From assembly GCA_951406725.2 (NCBI GenBank), contig OX597817.1, forward strand, positions 133,858,001 to 133,922,000: 64,000 nt of DNA. The letters are read 5' to 3'. Position numbers and translations under genes: made by a program. Source of the stretch: Octopus vulgaris. Its lineage: Eukaryota. The notes below the pieces were generated by a model. It saw nothing but the letters and a program-made list of their open reading frames with translations, ran no database searches and had not been told where the DNA came from. Shown here in pieces: positions 37,183 to 51,267 of the stretch. Positions within the stretch are counted from its first letter, which is position 1; each line of letters starts with the position of its first letter.

Positions 37183-38299
37183 GTACATTTATAAGTGGAT
37201 ACTGAAGACAACATTTGACGTACGTGATTCAGTTAGCCTGATGTTCTGATGTTACTTTTCCCACTTTCCTGGTTCTGGTCACTCGTGGTACAAAAAGAAA
37301 AAGGAAAGGAAAAAATTAAAAAGGAACATTGCAGGTTCGTTCATAGAATGAGCCCTGATTGTGGTACCTTGAGAGCGCTTGGCTATAAGTGATATGAGGA
37401 TTCTATAAAATTGATACACATCCTTCTTAGTAAAGCACTAAATAGTCTGGCTGACAGCAGAGCCAGCGATGTACGTAAATATTATTTCTTCACTTTTACA
37501 GATTTTGTGGAAGCAGTGAAACAATTCCAATTTGGTAATAATGGTTAACGACCTTCCACTGGTGGAGAAAAATTTTTTTTTTTTTCAGTTCTGCCTTCCG
37601 AATGAATCAGTTGTGAATATCGAAGTTTTGAAATTTCGATGAGAGAGTGTTGTCAAGGAACATGTTTTGTTAGAGATCTGCATTGCCAAATTATTCCTAA
37701 ATTGAAATTCTTGCCATTTTTTAATAAATCATATCATAAGCTTTTTAACCGACAAAAAAGATTAAATTAACTAATCAAATCGCAAACATTTTGAAAATTG
37801 CATTATCTACTAAAATGTCAGAAATATATCGAACAAAAACAATGCCTCCCCTAACTGTAACGGAATTAAACTCCCTCTCCAAACAGTTTCACTCCTAACG
37901 GTAATTGTCTCTCGAAAGCTACAACCTATTGGAACTAAAATTCAACCGGAAAATAACTGCACCCCAAAGGACTTACGTCGTATTGCGAAAAAATAGCTTT
38001 AACATTTTTTTTATGAACTGATACCTACATTTGCCTTGCGTTGCTTTACCTTCGGCGCTCTCAACACCTTGATAGAATCGTAGGAGCACCCTTATGACAC
38101 ATGGTGTTTCTGGTGGAACCCATCCATCTTCAGCTGTAACCACAGCTGATTTTTACGCAAAGACGAACAGAATCAGTGAGTAAAAGCGAAGAAATCGTCC
38201 TTAGAATAGGAGTGGTACTTTATTTGTCGACCTGAATACAATGAAAGGCAACGACGAAAGGTAAAGTTGATCTCAGTTAGATTCGAATTTAGAATATAA

Positions 38300-38465
38300 A
38301 GGTGCAGGAGTGGCTGTATGGTAAGTAGCTTGCTTACCAACCACATGGTTCCGGGTTCAGTCCCACTGCGTGGCACCTTGGGCAAGTTTCTACTACTATA
38401 GCCTAGAGCTGACCTAAGCCTTGTGAGTGGATTTGGTGGACGGAAACTGAAAGAAGACCGTCGTA
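38300..38465 (+). mobile_element. SINE family A, 5' half
   Basis: Head through to the internal (TA)n only. Confidence 0.85.
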
Positions 38466-39241
38466 TATATGTATATATATATATGTGTGCGGTTAGCTTT
38501 GTTTGAATGCGAAAATATTGATATTATTTCGAAATGGCAATAGATTAAAGAAATGGTCAGAAATGCCTGGTCATAGCAAGCATCCCCCGAAGTTTTTAAT
38601 TTTCAGTTGCTGAGCCCGGAGGAAGAGGCTGTACCTAAGACACGTGCACGTTGAAGTTGATGCTGTTAATTTTTCCATTCAAACTGTTACAAGTCAACGC
38701 TTGATGGAAAGAAATGAATAGAACAGCGGCGAGGAAGGACTATGCAAGGGATTAGTGTATGGACGAGGGGTGGAGAAATGGACGCAACAAGGCTGACAAG
38801 GAAAGAGAAGTGTAGGTCGGGGTTAGCCGAGAAGTAGAGATGCGAAAGCAGCAGCACCGAAGAACAGAGGCCATTATAACTCTTTTACCGTAACTGTCTT
38901 TCTTCAAAAAGTTGACTGCAAGAGCAAAATTTACAAAAGCTGAGGAAATAGAATATCCACATCTAAAATTCCCTCCTAAAGACACCTTAAACGTTTAGAG
39001 AATTCTTCTGTATGAATTATCCCTATCATTAACACGCTAGCTCTCAATGTTGTCCCGAAATATCCTCGTCTTATTTCACATTAACCAACACTCACTATGA
39101 TATTAACACATTTTTATTGCATGGTCAGTGTATACCAATTTTCACCTTTATTTAGTAATAACCGATATAAATGTTGGCTGCTTGATTTCTCCTGTCACAT
39201 TTTACATGGGATAAGGAGAAGCGGGAGAGAGAGAGAGAGAC

Positions 39242-39289
<48 letters not shown>

Positions 39290-39372
39290 AAGGGCAGATT
39301 ACAGAGAAAGCATAAGCGGCGCAGAAATGTTCTAGAGTAGAAAAGAATATTTTAGATATTTATTATGAATAT

Positions 39373-39779
39373 GAGTGGCTGTGTGGTAAATAGCTTGCTT
39401 ACCAACCACATGGTTCCGGGTTCAGTTCCACTGCATGGCATCTTGGGCAAGTGTCTTCTGCTATAGCCCCGGGCCGACTAAAGCCTTGTGAGTGGATTTG
39501 GTAGGCGGAAACTGAAAGAAGCCTGTCGTATATATGTATATATATATATATATGTGTGTGTATATGTTTGTGTGTCTGTGTTTGTTCCCCTAGCATTGCT
39601 TGACAACCGATGCTAGTGTGTTTACGTCCCCGTCACTTAGCGGTTCGGCAAAAGCGACCGATAGAATAAGTACTGGGCTTACAACGAATAAGTCCCGGGG
39701 TCGATTTTCTCGACTAAAGGCGGTACTCCAGCATGGCCGCAGTCAAATGACTGAAACAAGTAAAAGAGTAAAAGAGAGT
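39373..39779 (+). mobile_element. SINE family A, full length
   Basis: Complete copy. Confidence 0.9.
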
Positions 39780-40442
39780 ATACAAATAAGAAATTTATTG
39801 TTTTTTTTTTATTATAACTTAAGATAATAAATATTTTTCTATGAAATATTATTAATTACATGATTTTGTATAAGCACCAACAAATTTGATAAAAGTTAAT
39901 TTATAATTATTGTAAGTAATGCCATATTTCCTGATGGTGGCAAAAGTATATTTCCAAAGTTATCTGCCAAATGACATGTAATAATCTGGTATTCTCTATA
40001 ATCGTCCAAAGACCGGTTCGAGGTATTTAAGGTCAATTCTAAGGATACAAATTCCAGTGAGTTAAGTCATACTTCATCTTTCAGTATTGAGCATTGTTTT
40101 CTTTTTTTTGTTAATAATTACACATACGCATGCGCACACACACACACAAACTCTCTCTCTCACACACACACACACACAGGCACACACAATTCTCCCTTGC
40201 TCTACAAGATCGAATCGGATTTTTCTGCACTTTACGTATCCAGAAAGGGCTTTATGTCGTCCCCGTTCTTGTTTTTATTTTGATTTTGAATTTATTTCCA
40301 CTTTACTTCCTCAATAGTGTGCTAAACCATACACTAAAATAAACTTGACATAAAAATCATTATTTCCCATAAAATTTCGGGCCTAACCGCCTCTAGCAGA
40401 AAGGCTTACTATTATGATTATTAATATTATCACCCTCTTTTT

Positions 40443-40655
40443 GAGGCAGCGAGCTGGTAGAGTCGTTAGCGCGCAGAAAGAATGTTTATCGGTATTTCGT
40501 CTGTCTATACGTTCCGTGTTCAAGTTCCGCCGAGGTCGACATTGCCTTTCATCCTTTCGGGGTCGATAAATTAAGCACCAGTGAAACATTGTGGCCAATG
40601 TAATCGACTTGTCCCCTCCCGCAAATCTGAGGCCTTGTGCCTCCCCTAGAAAGGA
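40443..40655 (+). mobile_element. SINE B monomer
   Basis: Head, B box, core and tail 2. Confidence 0.82.
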
Positions 40656-40664
40656 TTATTATAA

Positions 40665-42375
40665 TTTTCTTTCAATTGTTTCCAGTTCTTGCCGGGTGTC
40701 TTCCTGATACCTAGGGCAGAGAAACTCACTGTATACATTGGTAGGCCATTAAAACAAACATTAAAACATTTACAAAGCTATGTGATAGAGAAAAAAGAGA
40801 CAATAGAAAAGTGAACAAATAAAATAAAGGAAAGAAAATTCACAGCGACAATGCTCTTCTCAGTACGTGTGACCAGTTACCAGTTAAGACAATCTTTTGC
40901 ACATCCTGTATGGATGGTAAGCCAGGGATCATTCTCAAATCATTTTCAGTTCCTGTTTTGATCATTCCAAGTGCTCCTACAATCACTGGTATTACAACCA
41001 TCTTGAGATGCCACATCCTTTCGGCTTCGATAAGCAAATCTTTATATTTTCTGAGCTTATCAAATTCTTTTGCCGACATATTATGGTCACAGGGTATGCT
41101 CATGTCAATCAATAAACATATTTTATTGTTTTGGTCTTTCGCAAAAATATCTGGTTTGTTTGCCTTGATGGTCCGACCTGTACATATTGGGAAGTCCTAA
41201 ACAATAGTTACATTTTCTCCTTCAGGGTAGTGCTTGTATCATTTGTCAGCAGTTTTGATTCTATAATGTGAATATTGGCCAACTCTGTCATATCTTAATT
41301 TGTACTCTACAGGTGCTAAAACCTTACGCCCAGAGATTAGGTGGCCCACTGTTTCAATCCCATCGTTGCAGTATCGGCACTTTGGGTCTACTCCATTTTT
41401 CATCACTTAGGCTTGATAGTTCCGGGTCAATAAGCTCTGATCATGAGCAGCCAAGATAAAGCTTTCACTCTCTGCCTTTAGCACTGACCTTCGTAGCCAC
41501 TGATAGATGTGCTTCTGGTCTACATCAGCTTGTAGCTTGTTTGATACGGGCCACATGTTTGCCATGCAGAGGTTTTTGTTCTCACCTATCGGCTAGTTGT
41601 TCCAATGCTTTTTGCTTTGCTATTCATTTCACCTTCTTTGCAAAAAACAGTTGCCGCACTTCCATCATGCTGTTCAACCTGGGTATTATGCATAAACTCA
41701 CTAGCAATTTTTATTGCTCTCTTTCGCAACGAAAAGTATACACCGTATCAACGAGGGAACTGACGTGGGATTCATCTTTACCATAAAGTTTGAAGTCTTC
41801 TATGAATAACAAGTTGACTTTTTGTTGGCGGCTCTTGAATACACACCCAGCCTTTGCTTTCCTCAGAATTAGTGTTAGTGGTATCATGCACAGTACAAAG
41901 ATCAGTGGAGACAGGCAGTCCCCTTGGAAGATGCCTCTCCTAATTTCTGTTGTCCCTAAACTTCCATATACTGTCAGTTCCGTCCTTCATTTCGCCATAC
42001 TTTTTCCAAGCAATCGCTCAACATTCGATGGATGAAATACCAAATAGGTTCATACACTCCATAATCCAAGAATATGGGATCATATCGTACGCCTTACGAT
42101 AGTCGATCCATGACATGGCTAAGTTACTTTTCCTCCTCTTGCAATCTCTAAGTACAGTTTTGTCTACCAGATGTTGATCCTTGGTACCTCTTCACTTACG
42201 TTTGCAACCCTTCTGCTCATGTACATTGACTCTGCGACTATTCCAGTCAATAATTTCCACATAAGTGGCAAATAGGATATCGGCCTGTAATTGTCTACCG
42301 TATTGCCCTTTTCGATGTTTTTCAAGCGCAGTGCTGTCCTACACATTGTCAAGCACTCTGGTATTACTTGGTCGG

Positions 42376-42377
<2 letters not shown>
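40665..42377 (-). mobile_element. R4/Dong-clade RLE LINE, 5'-truncated, internally deleted and decayed
   Basis: Minus-strand fragments [54 protein letters not shown] knuckle, KPDI...IDMSIP...KYKDL...IPVIVGALG endonuclease; (TAA)n at the 5' junction. Confidence 0.88.
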
Positions 42378-42447
<70 letters not shown>

Positions 42448-42448
<1 letters not shown>

Positions 42449-42643
42449 TGACTCAGATTTGGTCTTATTCTTGGGTAGCGGGTTACTACCTTTAATCTTA
42501 GGTATCTACTAACTTTCTAGTGCTTAGACTCCTCCTGATAATCTTCACTGGCCCAAAGAGGCAACTTTCTGTAGAAGCTCTACAGGACATTCTCTTCTAA
42601 TCTCTTTCAACCAGTTCCCAATGCACTAATTATTATAGGCACG
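42448..42643 (-). mobile_element. R4/Dong LINE 3' end
   Basis: VPIIISALG..WLKEIRRECPVELLQK-like C-terminus followed by a (TAA)n tail (42378-42447). Confidence 0.7.
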
Positions 42644-42769
42644 TTCATCCTTCGGGGTCGATAAATTAAGTACCAGTTACGCACTGGGGTCGATGTAATC
42701 GACTTAATCCGTTTATCTGTCCTTGTTTGTCCTCTCTGTGTTTAGCCCCTTGTGGGTAGTAAAGAAACA

Positions 42770-42844
<75 letters not shown>

Positions 42845-43038
42845 GGTGTGTGCTTAATAAACATTCTTCTATGATCGCAGAGAAGACAGCAAGAGACTAT
42901 GCAGATATATTTTTGATTCGGCACTACTGTGTAACATACACGCACACGAGTACAGATAAGAGAGAGAGAGAGAGGGAGAGAGAGAGAATGAGAAAGAGAG
43001 AAACAGACGCATACATACATACATAAATACTTGTATAT

Positions 43039-43084
<46 letters not shown>

Positions 43085-43089
<5 letters not shown>

Positions 43090-43357
43090 GTGCGGTGAAT
43101 AAAATGTCTAAATAACGCAAAAAGGAAAATAACAATGTCGTCTAATTTTAACAGATATATTTACCAAAATGACGTAAAAATATCTTGAAATACTAAAGAG
43201 TAAATTTAGTCAATAAAATCGCCATTGGCTTCAACCATAACCTCCAGATGACTTTGGAATCTCCTGCAACTCTTCTGGATGGTTCCTTGTTTAAGTTGGT
43301 GAATGCTGCCATAATCCTTGCCTTTTGTTCATCTCGGTGATACAAGGAGTTTTTTTG

Positions 43358-43411
<54 letters not shown>

Positions 43412-43995
43412 TGCTCCCCACACATAATAATCAGGTAGGTTGCATTCTGTAGAGTTAGGTGGCCAGATGTTAGGGGTAATGTGGTCGCAGACATTGTCCG
43501 ACTGCCATGACTGGATTCTCCTGATTGTGTGACATGGTGCAGAATCCTGTTGCCAGACATAGGGTCTTCCAGCAGCCAGCCTCTTGACTCAGGGCAGCAC
43601 TACCTCCTCCAGACACTCGATGTAGGCCTCCGTGTTGAGTCTGAGGCCGTGTGGGAAGACGAATGGCAACATAACGTTGCCATCACTAGCGATCACTCTA
43701 AGCACCATGATGTTGACTGGAAGTTTGATTTTTGTCACTCCCGGTACATCTATCCTCAGAGTGACACCCAAACACCCTGAAACGTTCGTTTTGGAGGTTC
43801 CGGCGCGAAAGCCAAGGAGTACGGCATGTCTTTTCCAATTTTCTGGCAGAATGGAATGTGCCATGGTGCTGTTTTACTCAGAGACGGCACTCAACTGACA
43901 CTACTATACTGTGTAGTCGACAAAATGAAAAACAAACAATGTGCATGCGCAAATTAAAAATATAAAAGCGCGACAATTTACCCACCGCACCTTGT
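43085..43995 (-). mobile_element. Tc1/mariner-superfamily element, internally deleted
   Basis: TIRs CAGGGTGCGGTGAATAAAATGTC / GACAATTTACCCACCGCACCTTG; transposase fragments IMVLRVIASDGNVMLPFVFPHGLRLNTEAYIECL and WPPNS..CN..DYYYVWG. Confidence 0.85.
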
Positions 43996-44046
43996 ATATA
44001 TGTGTGCCTATATAGGTAGCTAGATATATAGATAGATATAGATAGG

Positions 44047-44077
<31 letters not shown>

Positions 44078-44095
44078 TCAGTCAGACACACACAC

Positions 44096-44126
<31 letters not shown>

Positions 44127-44152
44127 TAATACATACATACATACATACATAC

Positions 44153-44183
<31 letters not shown>

Positions 44184-44187
44184 CATA

Positions 44188-44676
44188 CTGGTGGAATTTT
44201 CTCATCAAAACTTCTATCAAACGTAAACATAGCAGGCCGGATATTGCTGTTTGGAGCTGAGGGGCAAAGGGATGTACCATCATAGAATTGAGCTGCCCTG
44301 CAGATATAAATATCTCTTTGAAAATCAAAGAAAAAGAGGATATCTATGGACAACTGCTTCGAAACCTCCAGCTTCGATATCCAGACTATAAATTCATATT
44401 CATACCAATAATAATTGAAGCACTAGGTTTTGTTAGTAAATGCTTAAAAGAGAATCTGGATAAACTGGGATTTTCAGAAAGAGAACTCGACCGGCTGATC
44501 CTTACATTACAAGTGCAGTCTGTGAGTGGAACAGTAAAAATATGCAAGACTTTTCTCAAGTTCCAAATGTGAATTTGTCTCTACTAACTACTCACAAAGA
44601 TGGAGCCTTGTATCTTTGTTGGAAACCGGCTCCTTCCTCAGTGGATTTATAATAATTAAAAAATAGAAGAGACAAA
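44188..44676 (+). mobile_element. RLE LINE 3' end (R4/Dong-like) in (TACA)n
   Basis: WWN...HSRPDIAVW...IIELSCPADINI..K.KEK..Y..L...IPIIIEALG endonuclease; 3' stem-loop; long (CATA)n on both sides. Confidence 0.85.
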
Positions 44677-45899
44677 TACATACATACATACATACATACA
44701 TACATACATACATACATGCATACATATACATACATACATGCATGCATACATATACATACATACATGCATACATGCATACATATACATACATGCATGCATA
44801 CATACATACATCATACATACATACATACATACATACATGCAAACATGCATACATACATACTTAGCCACTATAGGCATGCGAATATTGCAAGTGATTTTCT
44901 TTCTCTGTAAATCGGTAAAAATATATATACATAAATGTAGATATATAAATAGTTTGCAACTACTGTACAGATCGAAATGACATAATTTGTGATTGCCTTT
45001 GGATATGTATTGTTGGTTCAGGATTACTTACTGAAAGATTAACGGATCAGCTTGATTAATTGGTAGCTGATTAAAGCGTAGCTTTTTTTCTTTGTATGGT
45101 TGGTACACGTTCGGATTAACACTTCATACATAGTGTATATAGATATTTTATATACTTTCGTGGCTTGTGCACTGGCAGAAGGACATTAACAAAGCCCTTC
45201 GTGCATCGTTTATAGAACTGGTATATGTAAAGAGAGAAAAACTTTGATGTCCTTAAATCTTGGGGACGAGAGTAAAATGTTTGCACCCGCGTGGACTCTG
45301 CGAAAGGTAACTGAGATAAAAGGCCAGTTGGGGGTGTTAAGCCGAGTAACGGATTAAGTATATCATCCCAAGATAGAAAGATGAACGAAAATTAAAAACG
45401 AGGAAGATAAAAAAAACAAACAAACATTGTTAATGTTGCATCATTTCAATAAACCTAATCAAATCTAATTAATTTTATGATCAATGCAGCTGGATATGTT
45501 TTCCTCACGCACTCTCCAGATTCTAACCTGAGGATTAGACACACAAATATATGCACACACATGGCATGCAAATACACATTCACACACCTGCGATCATATA
45601 TGTGCATGCATGCCATGCATTCTCTTACACACACACAAACGTACACACACACACGCATACAATTCCTTTGTGGGTTAAACAAGGCTGTCATCGGTTTCAT
45701 GCCGAGAGAAATTTCTCAGCCATTATTAGTCGTTGTTAACTCAAAATAAAGAATATTTATCTAGCAATGCATTCATTCTTACTGTTCGATATTAGCGGTA
45801 TGGATATATGTATGTATCTATGTATGTTTTGCTACCATATTGAATACGCGGATCATTAGAAAGGTCTAATCTGAAATACACGCTGAAGAAAAGTCAAAA

Positions 45900-46137
45900 T
45901 ATTTATTTCGTTATTGCTCACAAGGGGCTAAACCTAGAGGGGACAAACAAGGACAGACAAAGGGATTAAGTCTATTACATCGATCCCAGTACGTAACTGA
46001 TACTTATTTAATCGACCCCGAATAGGCAAAAGGCAAAGTCGACCTTAGTGGAATTTGAACTCAGAACGTAGCGGTAGACGAAATACTGGTAACCATTCCG
46101 CCCGGCGTGCTAACGATTCTGCCAGCTTGCCGCCTTG
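45900..46137 (-). mobile_element. SINE B monomer
   Basis: Head, core and tail 1 on the minus strand. Confidence 0.87.
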
Positions 46138-47253
46138 AAATGTCAAAATATTGTTTTAACTGTAGACAACTTCATACATGTTCCGGTCTTGTTATGACCT
46201 CGTTTGGTTAATATAGTGTCGTAGTAAATAGACATCGATTAGTGAGGGAAAAATCGAATTGAATTACACTACAGAGTATCTATTGTTCTCTCGTCTCAAA
46301 TAAAAATCAGATACTCGTATTTTGCACGGGGAACGAATATGATTAATACAGTGGTTTCAGAAAATTTGGTTAATCATATTTCAGAACTTACGTGACATAA
46401 AATGGTCCTTATATTTCTAGATCCCGTATATTTTGAATTATTTGTGGTCGTCAGTTCTGTGCCCTCCAGTCAGTCTTACAGATCACTCTTTGACACTGTT
46501 CTCATCAAGCAGATCTTTGAATCAACTGCACGTTATCTATGGTCATCTCGACGTTTTTCTCAGACAATATTTTTGGCATTATATTATCAAATGTGCCCTT
46601 CTTTTGTAAAACGTTGGAGTGTGATTCGCATGAGATTCGGTTGCTGTTTCTAACAGATCAGGTAACAGTGTAGCAGCCACCACTTGGAGCTGATTGACTT
46701 CTAAATATGTTTTTTTTTTCGTTTATATGCGGAAAGAAAATCATTTAGCATGATGGTTAGATCATAGGATACCAATCGCTGTAAAATCGTCCTGTTGTCT
46801 TCTGAAGCCTATCGATACGGGTATAGAGATCAATTGATTGGACTATCGAATAATTAAGTCATTCTTTCACTTGTTTCAGCCATTGATTTCCGACCATACC
46901 GGGGCACTATCTCAAAGGGTTTGGTAGATCAAATTGACCTCAGTACGGTTTTCAAAGTATTGTACAAATTCTATTGGTCTCATTTGCCGAACCGCAAGTT
47001 TACATGGACGCAAACAAACCAACATCGGTTGCCAATCCGGGTGGAGTCAAAACAAAGGCGCCTGCAAGTACACATACATATACTCGTATGTATATATGAA
47101 TGTATGTATGCACGTATGTGTGTGTGTGCTTCTGTATGTATATATATAGAGAGAGAGAAAGAGAGAGATACATACGCACATGCATACATACATGCACTAG
47201 TATACACACACACACACGCACATATATATAAATATATATATATATATATATGT

Positions 47254-47603
47254 TGGAGGCACAATGGCTCATTGGTTAGGGCAGCAGACTCGCGGTTATA
47301 GGATCGCGGTTTCGATTCCCAGACCGGGCGTTGTGATTGCTTATTAAGCGAAAACATCTAAAGCTCCACGAGGCTCCGGCAGGGTGGTGGTGGCGAATCC
47401 TGCTGTACTCTTTCACCACAACTTTCTCTCACTCTTTCTTCCTGTTTCTGTTGTACCTGTATTTCAAAGGGCCAGCCTTGTCACACACTGTTAAGGGTAC
47501 ACGGGTCTGTGGAGCGCTCAACCACTTGCATGTTAATTCCACGAGTAGTCTGTTCCGTTGGTCGGATCAACTGGAACCCTCGTCGTCGTAACCGACGGAG
47601 TGC
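47254..47603 (+). mobile_element. SINE family C
   Basis: GGAGGCACAATGGCTCATTGGTTAGG...CGTAACCGACGGAGTGC. Confidence 0.9.
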
Positions 47604-48149
47604 GACGACGACACACACACACACACACACACACATACACTCACGTTTATCTTTAATCATTCACTTGTTTCAGTCATCTGACGGCGACCATGCTGGGGTA
47701 CCGCCTTGAAATGTTTTACTGGAACGTTTGGAACCAAGGATTTTTTAAAAGCCTGTACTTATTCTATCAAACTTTTAGGCGGAATCGCTAGGCTACGGGA
47801 TGTAAACACACCAACACCGGTTGTCAAGTGTTAGTGGGACACAAACACAGATGCAATGTCACACACATAGATATATTTACGACAGCTTTCTTTCAGGTTC
47901 CGTCTGTCAAATCCGTTCAGAAAACTTTGGTCAGCCCAAGGCTATAGCCGAAGAGTCAAGGTGGATCTGGTTGGAAAGCAAGCTTCTTACCACCCAGCTA
48001 CGATAGGCTTTCACGTACTTTCCATCTACCAGACTCACTCGTAAGATATTGGTATGCCCGTGTCTGCAGTCGAAGACACTTGCTCAATATGCTGTGCATT
48101 GGGATGGAACTCGAAACCACGTGGCTGCTTCAAAAGCGGAAGAACGTCC

Positions 48150-48652
48150 CTGGAAGACCTGGAAATGTGGTACTGTGCATCGAGAATTCGTCCCCTGGGG
48201 CCAGACAGCCAGTCGAGAGTTCTACCGCGACGCTTTGAAGTGTTTGAGAGAGGACATTTAGCGAAAACGACAACAATAATGCACTCTTGTCATCGAGCTC
48301 GCTTCACTCATTAGTTTTTCTCTAAAAACAACATAGAATCGCTTCGGCAACCGCCCTATAAGCACCTGATTTAGGCACCTACGGACTTCCATATCTTGCC
48401 AATGATGAAAATGCAGCTCAAAGGTCGCTGTTTTAACATCGTTGTCGAGATAAAGAGCGAATCACAGAAGGTCCTCAACACGCTGAGGGAAAACGACTTC
48501 CAGGCCGTATTCCAAAAATGGTAGGAAAGCTGGAATCGGTGTTTTGCTGCAAAAGGTAGCTAATTCGAAGGAGATGATGTTAAGACTTAAGTAAATAACT
48601 TCTTTTTAATTAAACATAAATAGTTCTGAAAGTTTCTGATACCACCTTGTAT
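48150..48652 (+). mobile_element. Mariner transposon 3' remnant
   Basis: VHREFVPWGQT..REFYRDALKCLRE, PPY..PDL.APTDF, MKMQLKGRCF...FQKW*ESWNRC..KGS*FEGD; TIR-like TTTCTGATACCACCTTGTA. Confidence 0.82.
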
Positions 48653-48654
48653 AT

Positions 48655-49100
48655 ATCATCATCATCATCATTTAACATCCATTGTGTCCATTGTCCATGC
48701 TGGCATGGGTTGGATGGTTTGATCAGGGCTGGCAAGTTGAGGTGCCGTTCCTGATTCCAGTCTGATTTGGCAAAGTTTCTTCAGCTGGATTCCCTTCCTA
48801 ACGCCAACCACTCCGAGAGTGTAATGTGTTCTGTTACGTGCCACCGGCACCGGTGCCAGTTGCGTGACACCAGTATCTGCCACGACTACGATTTCCACTG
48901 GCTTGATGGGTCTTCTTCTCAAGCACGGCATGTTGCCAAAGGTCTCAGTCATTTGTCACTGCCTCCATGAGGTCCAACGCTCGAAAAGTGATTTTTTATG
49001 CTCCACTGGCACGAGTGCCATTTGCGCGACACTGGTATCGGCTACATTTCCTCTGTGAGGCCCAACGTTCCAAGATCATGTTTCACCACCTTGTCACATA
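48655..49100 (-). mobile_element. SINE-like element with (TGA)n RTE-type tail
   Basis: Minus strand ends CCAACCCATGCCAGCATGG...GTTAAATGATGATGAT; internal GGTTGGCGTTAGGAAGGGAATCCAGC resembles a conserved central SINE domain. Confidence 0.65.
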
Positions 49101-51267
49101 TCTTCCTGAGTCTACTTCTTCCACAGGTTCTCTCCACACTAAGAGATCTGCACCAAAGACAGGACGTTCATGGCCGCAATGGTTTAGGCTGAAGAACAAC
49201 AATAACAACGAGGGAGCCTGTTTGTAGTCGCTCGCCATGTTAGAAATAGCAGTGAAATCTCCACCAAATAACAACTAAAAAGAGAAGGACACGTTAGATA
49301 ATATGAACTGCGTTTTAAAGAAAGTGTACTTGTGGTTGGAATGCTTTTGAATTCCTGGAATTGCTTAATCGGGGTTGAGCTGTGTCTTAGTAACAACATC
49401 GGTCGTTCCTTCTTAATGATAAAAGCCATGACAAGTACAACATTTTATTACATATTCATAGAAACAAATATTTCCGTCGGCATCCGAAAACATACGTGTA
49501 GTTCCTGCTGTCCTCTACTAATAGACAAGAACTGTCCTGGGGTGGGGATGACAGTGGAATGCAGAAGGCTATTCGAACTCACTCTTAAGCATTCCTGAAA
49601 AACTGTTGCCTCAGCATTGCTTACTGTAAGACAGATGGAGTAAAGTCTTAATGTGACTTTTTTTTTAGAACTGTTAAAAAGAATGCAAACATGTAAAACA
49701 CAGCAGAAACGAGTTGTCCACACGAAGCTAATTACAAGAACGTTATATAAGTGTACAGAGTATGTCCTTGATAAACCAGTTATTTCCTCATAGAACACAC
49801 TTCTCATTAGTTATTAATTAAATCAATTAGTTCGCCGTTACTGCTATTGCATGTAAATGTAGAGAACAACATGCATGAACGTATGTACTTTGGCAGAGAT
49901 GGAAAATGGAATTGACTTCAAATGGAAATCAGATGAGAAATTCTCTGTACGTCGCCAGAAGACCATTGGACCTGCTAGAAATAACAGCTATACTGCCGTC
50001 AAATCAAATGCCAAATGTGTAAAAGAGAAGTAAAAAAAATACGCTGTATAACGTAATCCTGGATATACAAACAGACGAGAGGGTTCTGGCCACAGAGCGT
50101 TTGATCGTTGGTCTGCTTAATCATGGCTGACGTCTGCTTAAACTACTGATACAAGAACAACAACAATCTATTGTAGCTAATATATCAAGGTATTATCACT
50201 TAAGGGGACTTAACTTCACTGGGATTTACCAGAGTGATTTATCACATCAAACATATAGAAAGAGTGTATTTGTCTCCCATCTGCAGAAGATTACTATCAG
50301 AGATTTATTTAATGAGAATGATTTATTTGAAGCGCTTGGCCAATAGTTTTAAGCAATCTGGACAATTATTATTATTCACTCCCTGAGATGTTTAGGTTTT
50401 AATATGGTAGAATAGCCTTCTCTAAGAAAAATATAGTTAGCTATTAATAATTTGTTTCCAATATGTTGTTCGTGATGAAGCGAAGTTAGAGACATGTTTT
50501 GTGGTAAAGTTTCAGATAAGACGCTGATAGTTGCGCCGATCAATATTGCATATTAACGTAATGCTCCTGGATACAGTGGTTTATCAGCACTTTCTGCCAA
50601 ACATTGTAGAGCACGTACATAATTACACACACAGACACACAGACACACGCTCACTCATACACACACTCACACAAACATATATAAACTTCTATTGCGATAT
50701 TCTGAATGTAGACTCAACAACCAGCACACAATATATTATGTTGTAAGAGCGTTATAAAAAAGAAAGAACAACAGAAAGATAAATTGAATTAGCGTGCTAG
50801 TTGGTGTAAGACTGCACCGTACTCTAAGTACTACCATTAATTATCCAATGAATTCGATATAAATATATTATATCGTTAGATTTAGCTCAAGTTACTGGGA
50901 GATGTCCTGTTAGAAATGTGTTATGTGGCCAGAAGTATTAATGCGGCAAAACAAGTCAAGGAAGAGTCCCATTAGACCGCAACCATAAAGAAGCAAAAGA
51001 GGAAATGGTTTGTTGTAATAATGAAAATATATGCATTTATTGCTTCTGTTTCGTTGTCACAGGATAAAACGAGTTACATCGATCAGAAGATTATTTGTGA
51101 GTGTCTGAAAGTAGGACAGAGGCAGGCAAGATTTTAGAAAGTCTCAGATTTTTACATTTGGACGTAATACATACATCTATACATACATACATACATACAT
51201 ACATACATACATACATACATACATACATACATACATACATACATCTATACATACATCTATACATACA

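Noticed and set aside
37480-37540. Possible small exon (TTTTACAG...GTAATA)
   Set aside because: Only ~32 nt, no partner exons; expected by chance.
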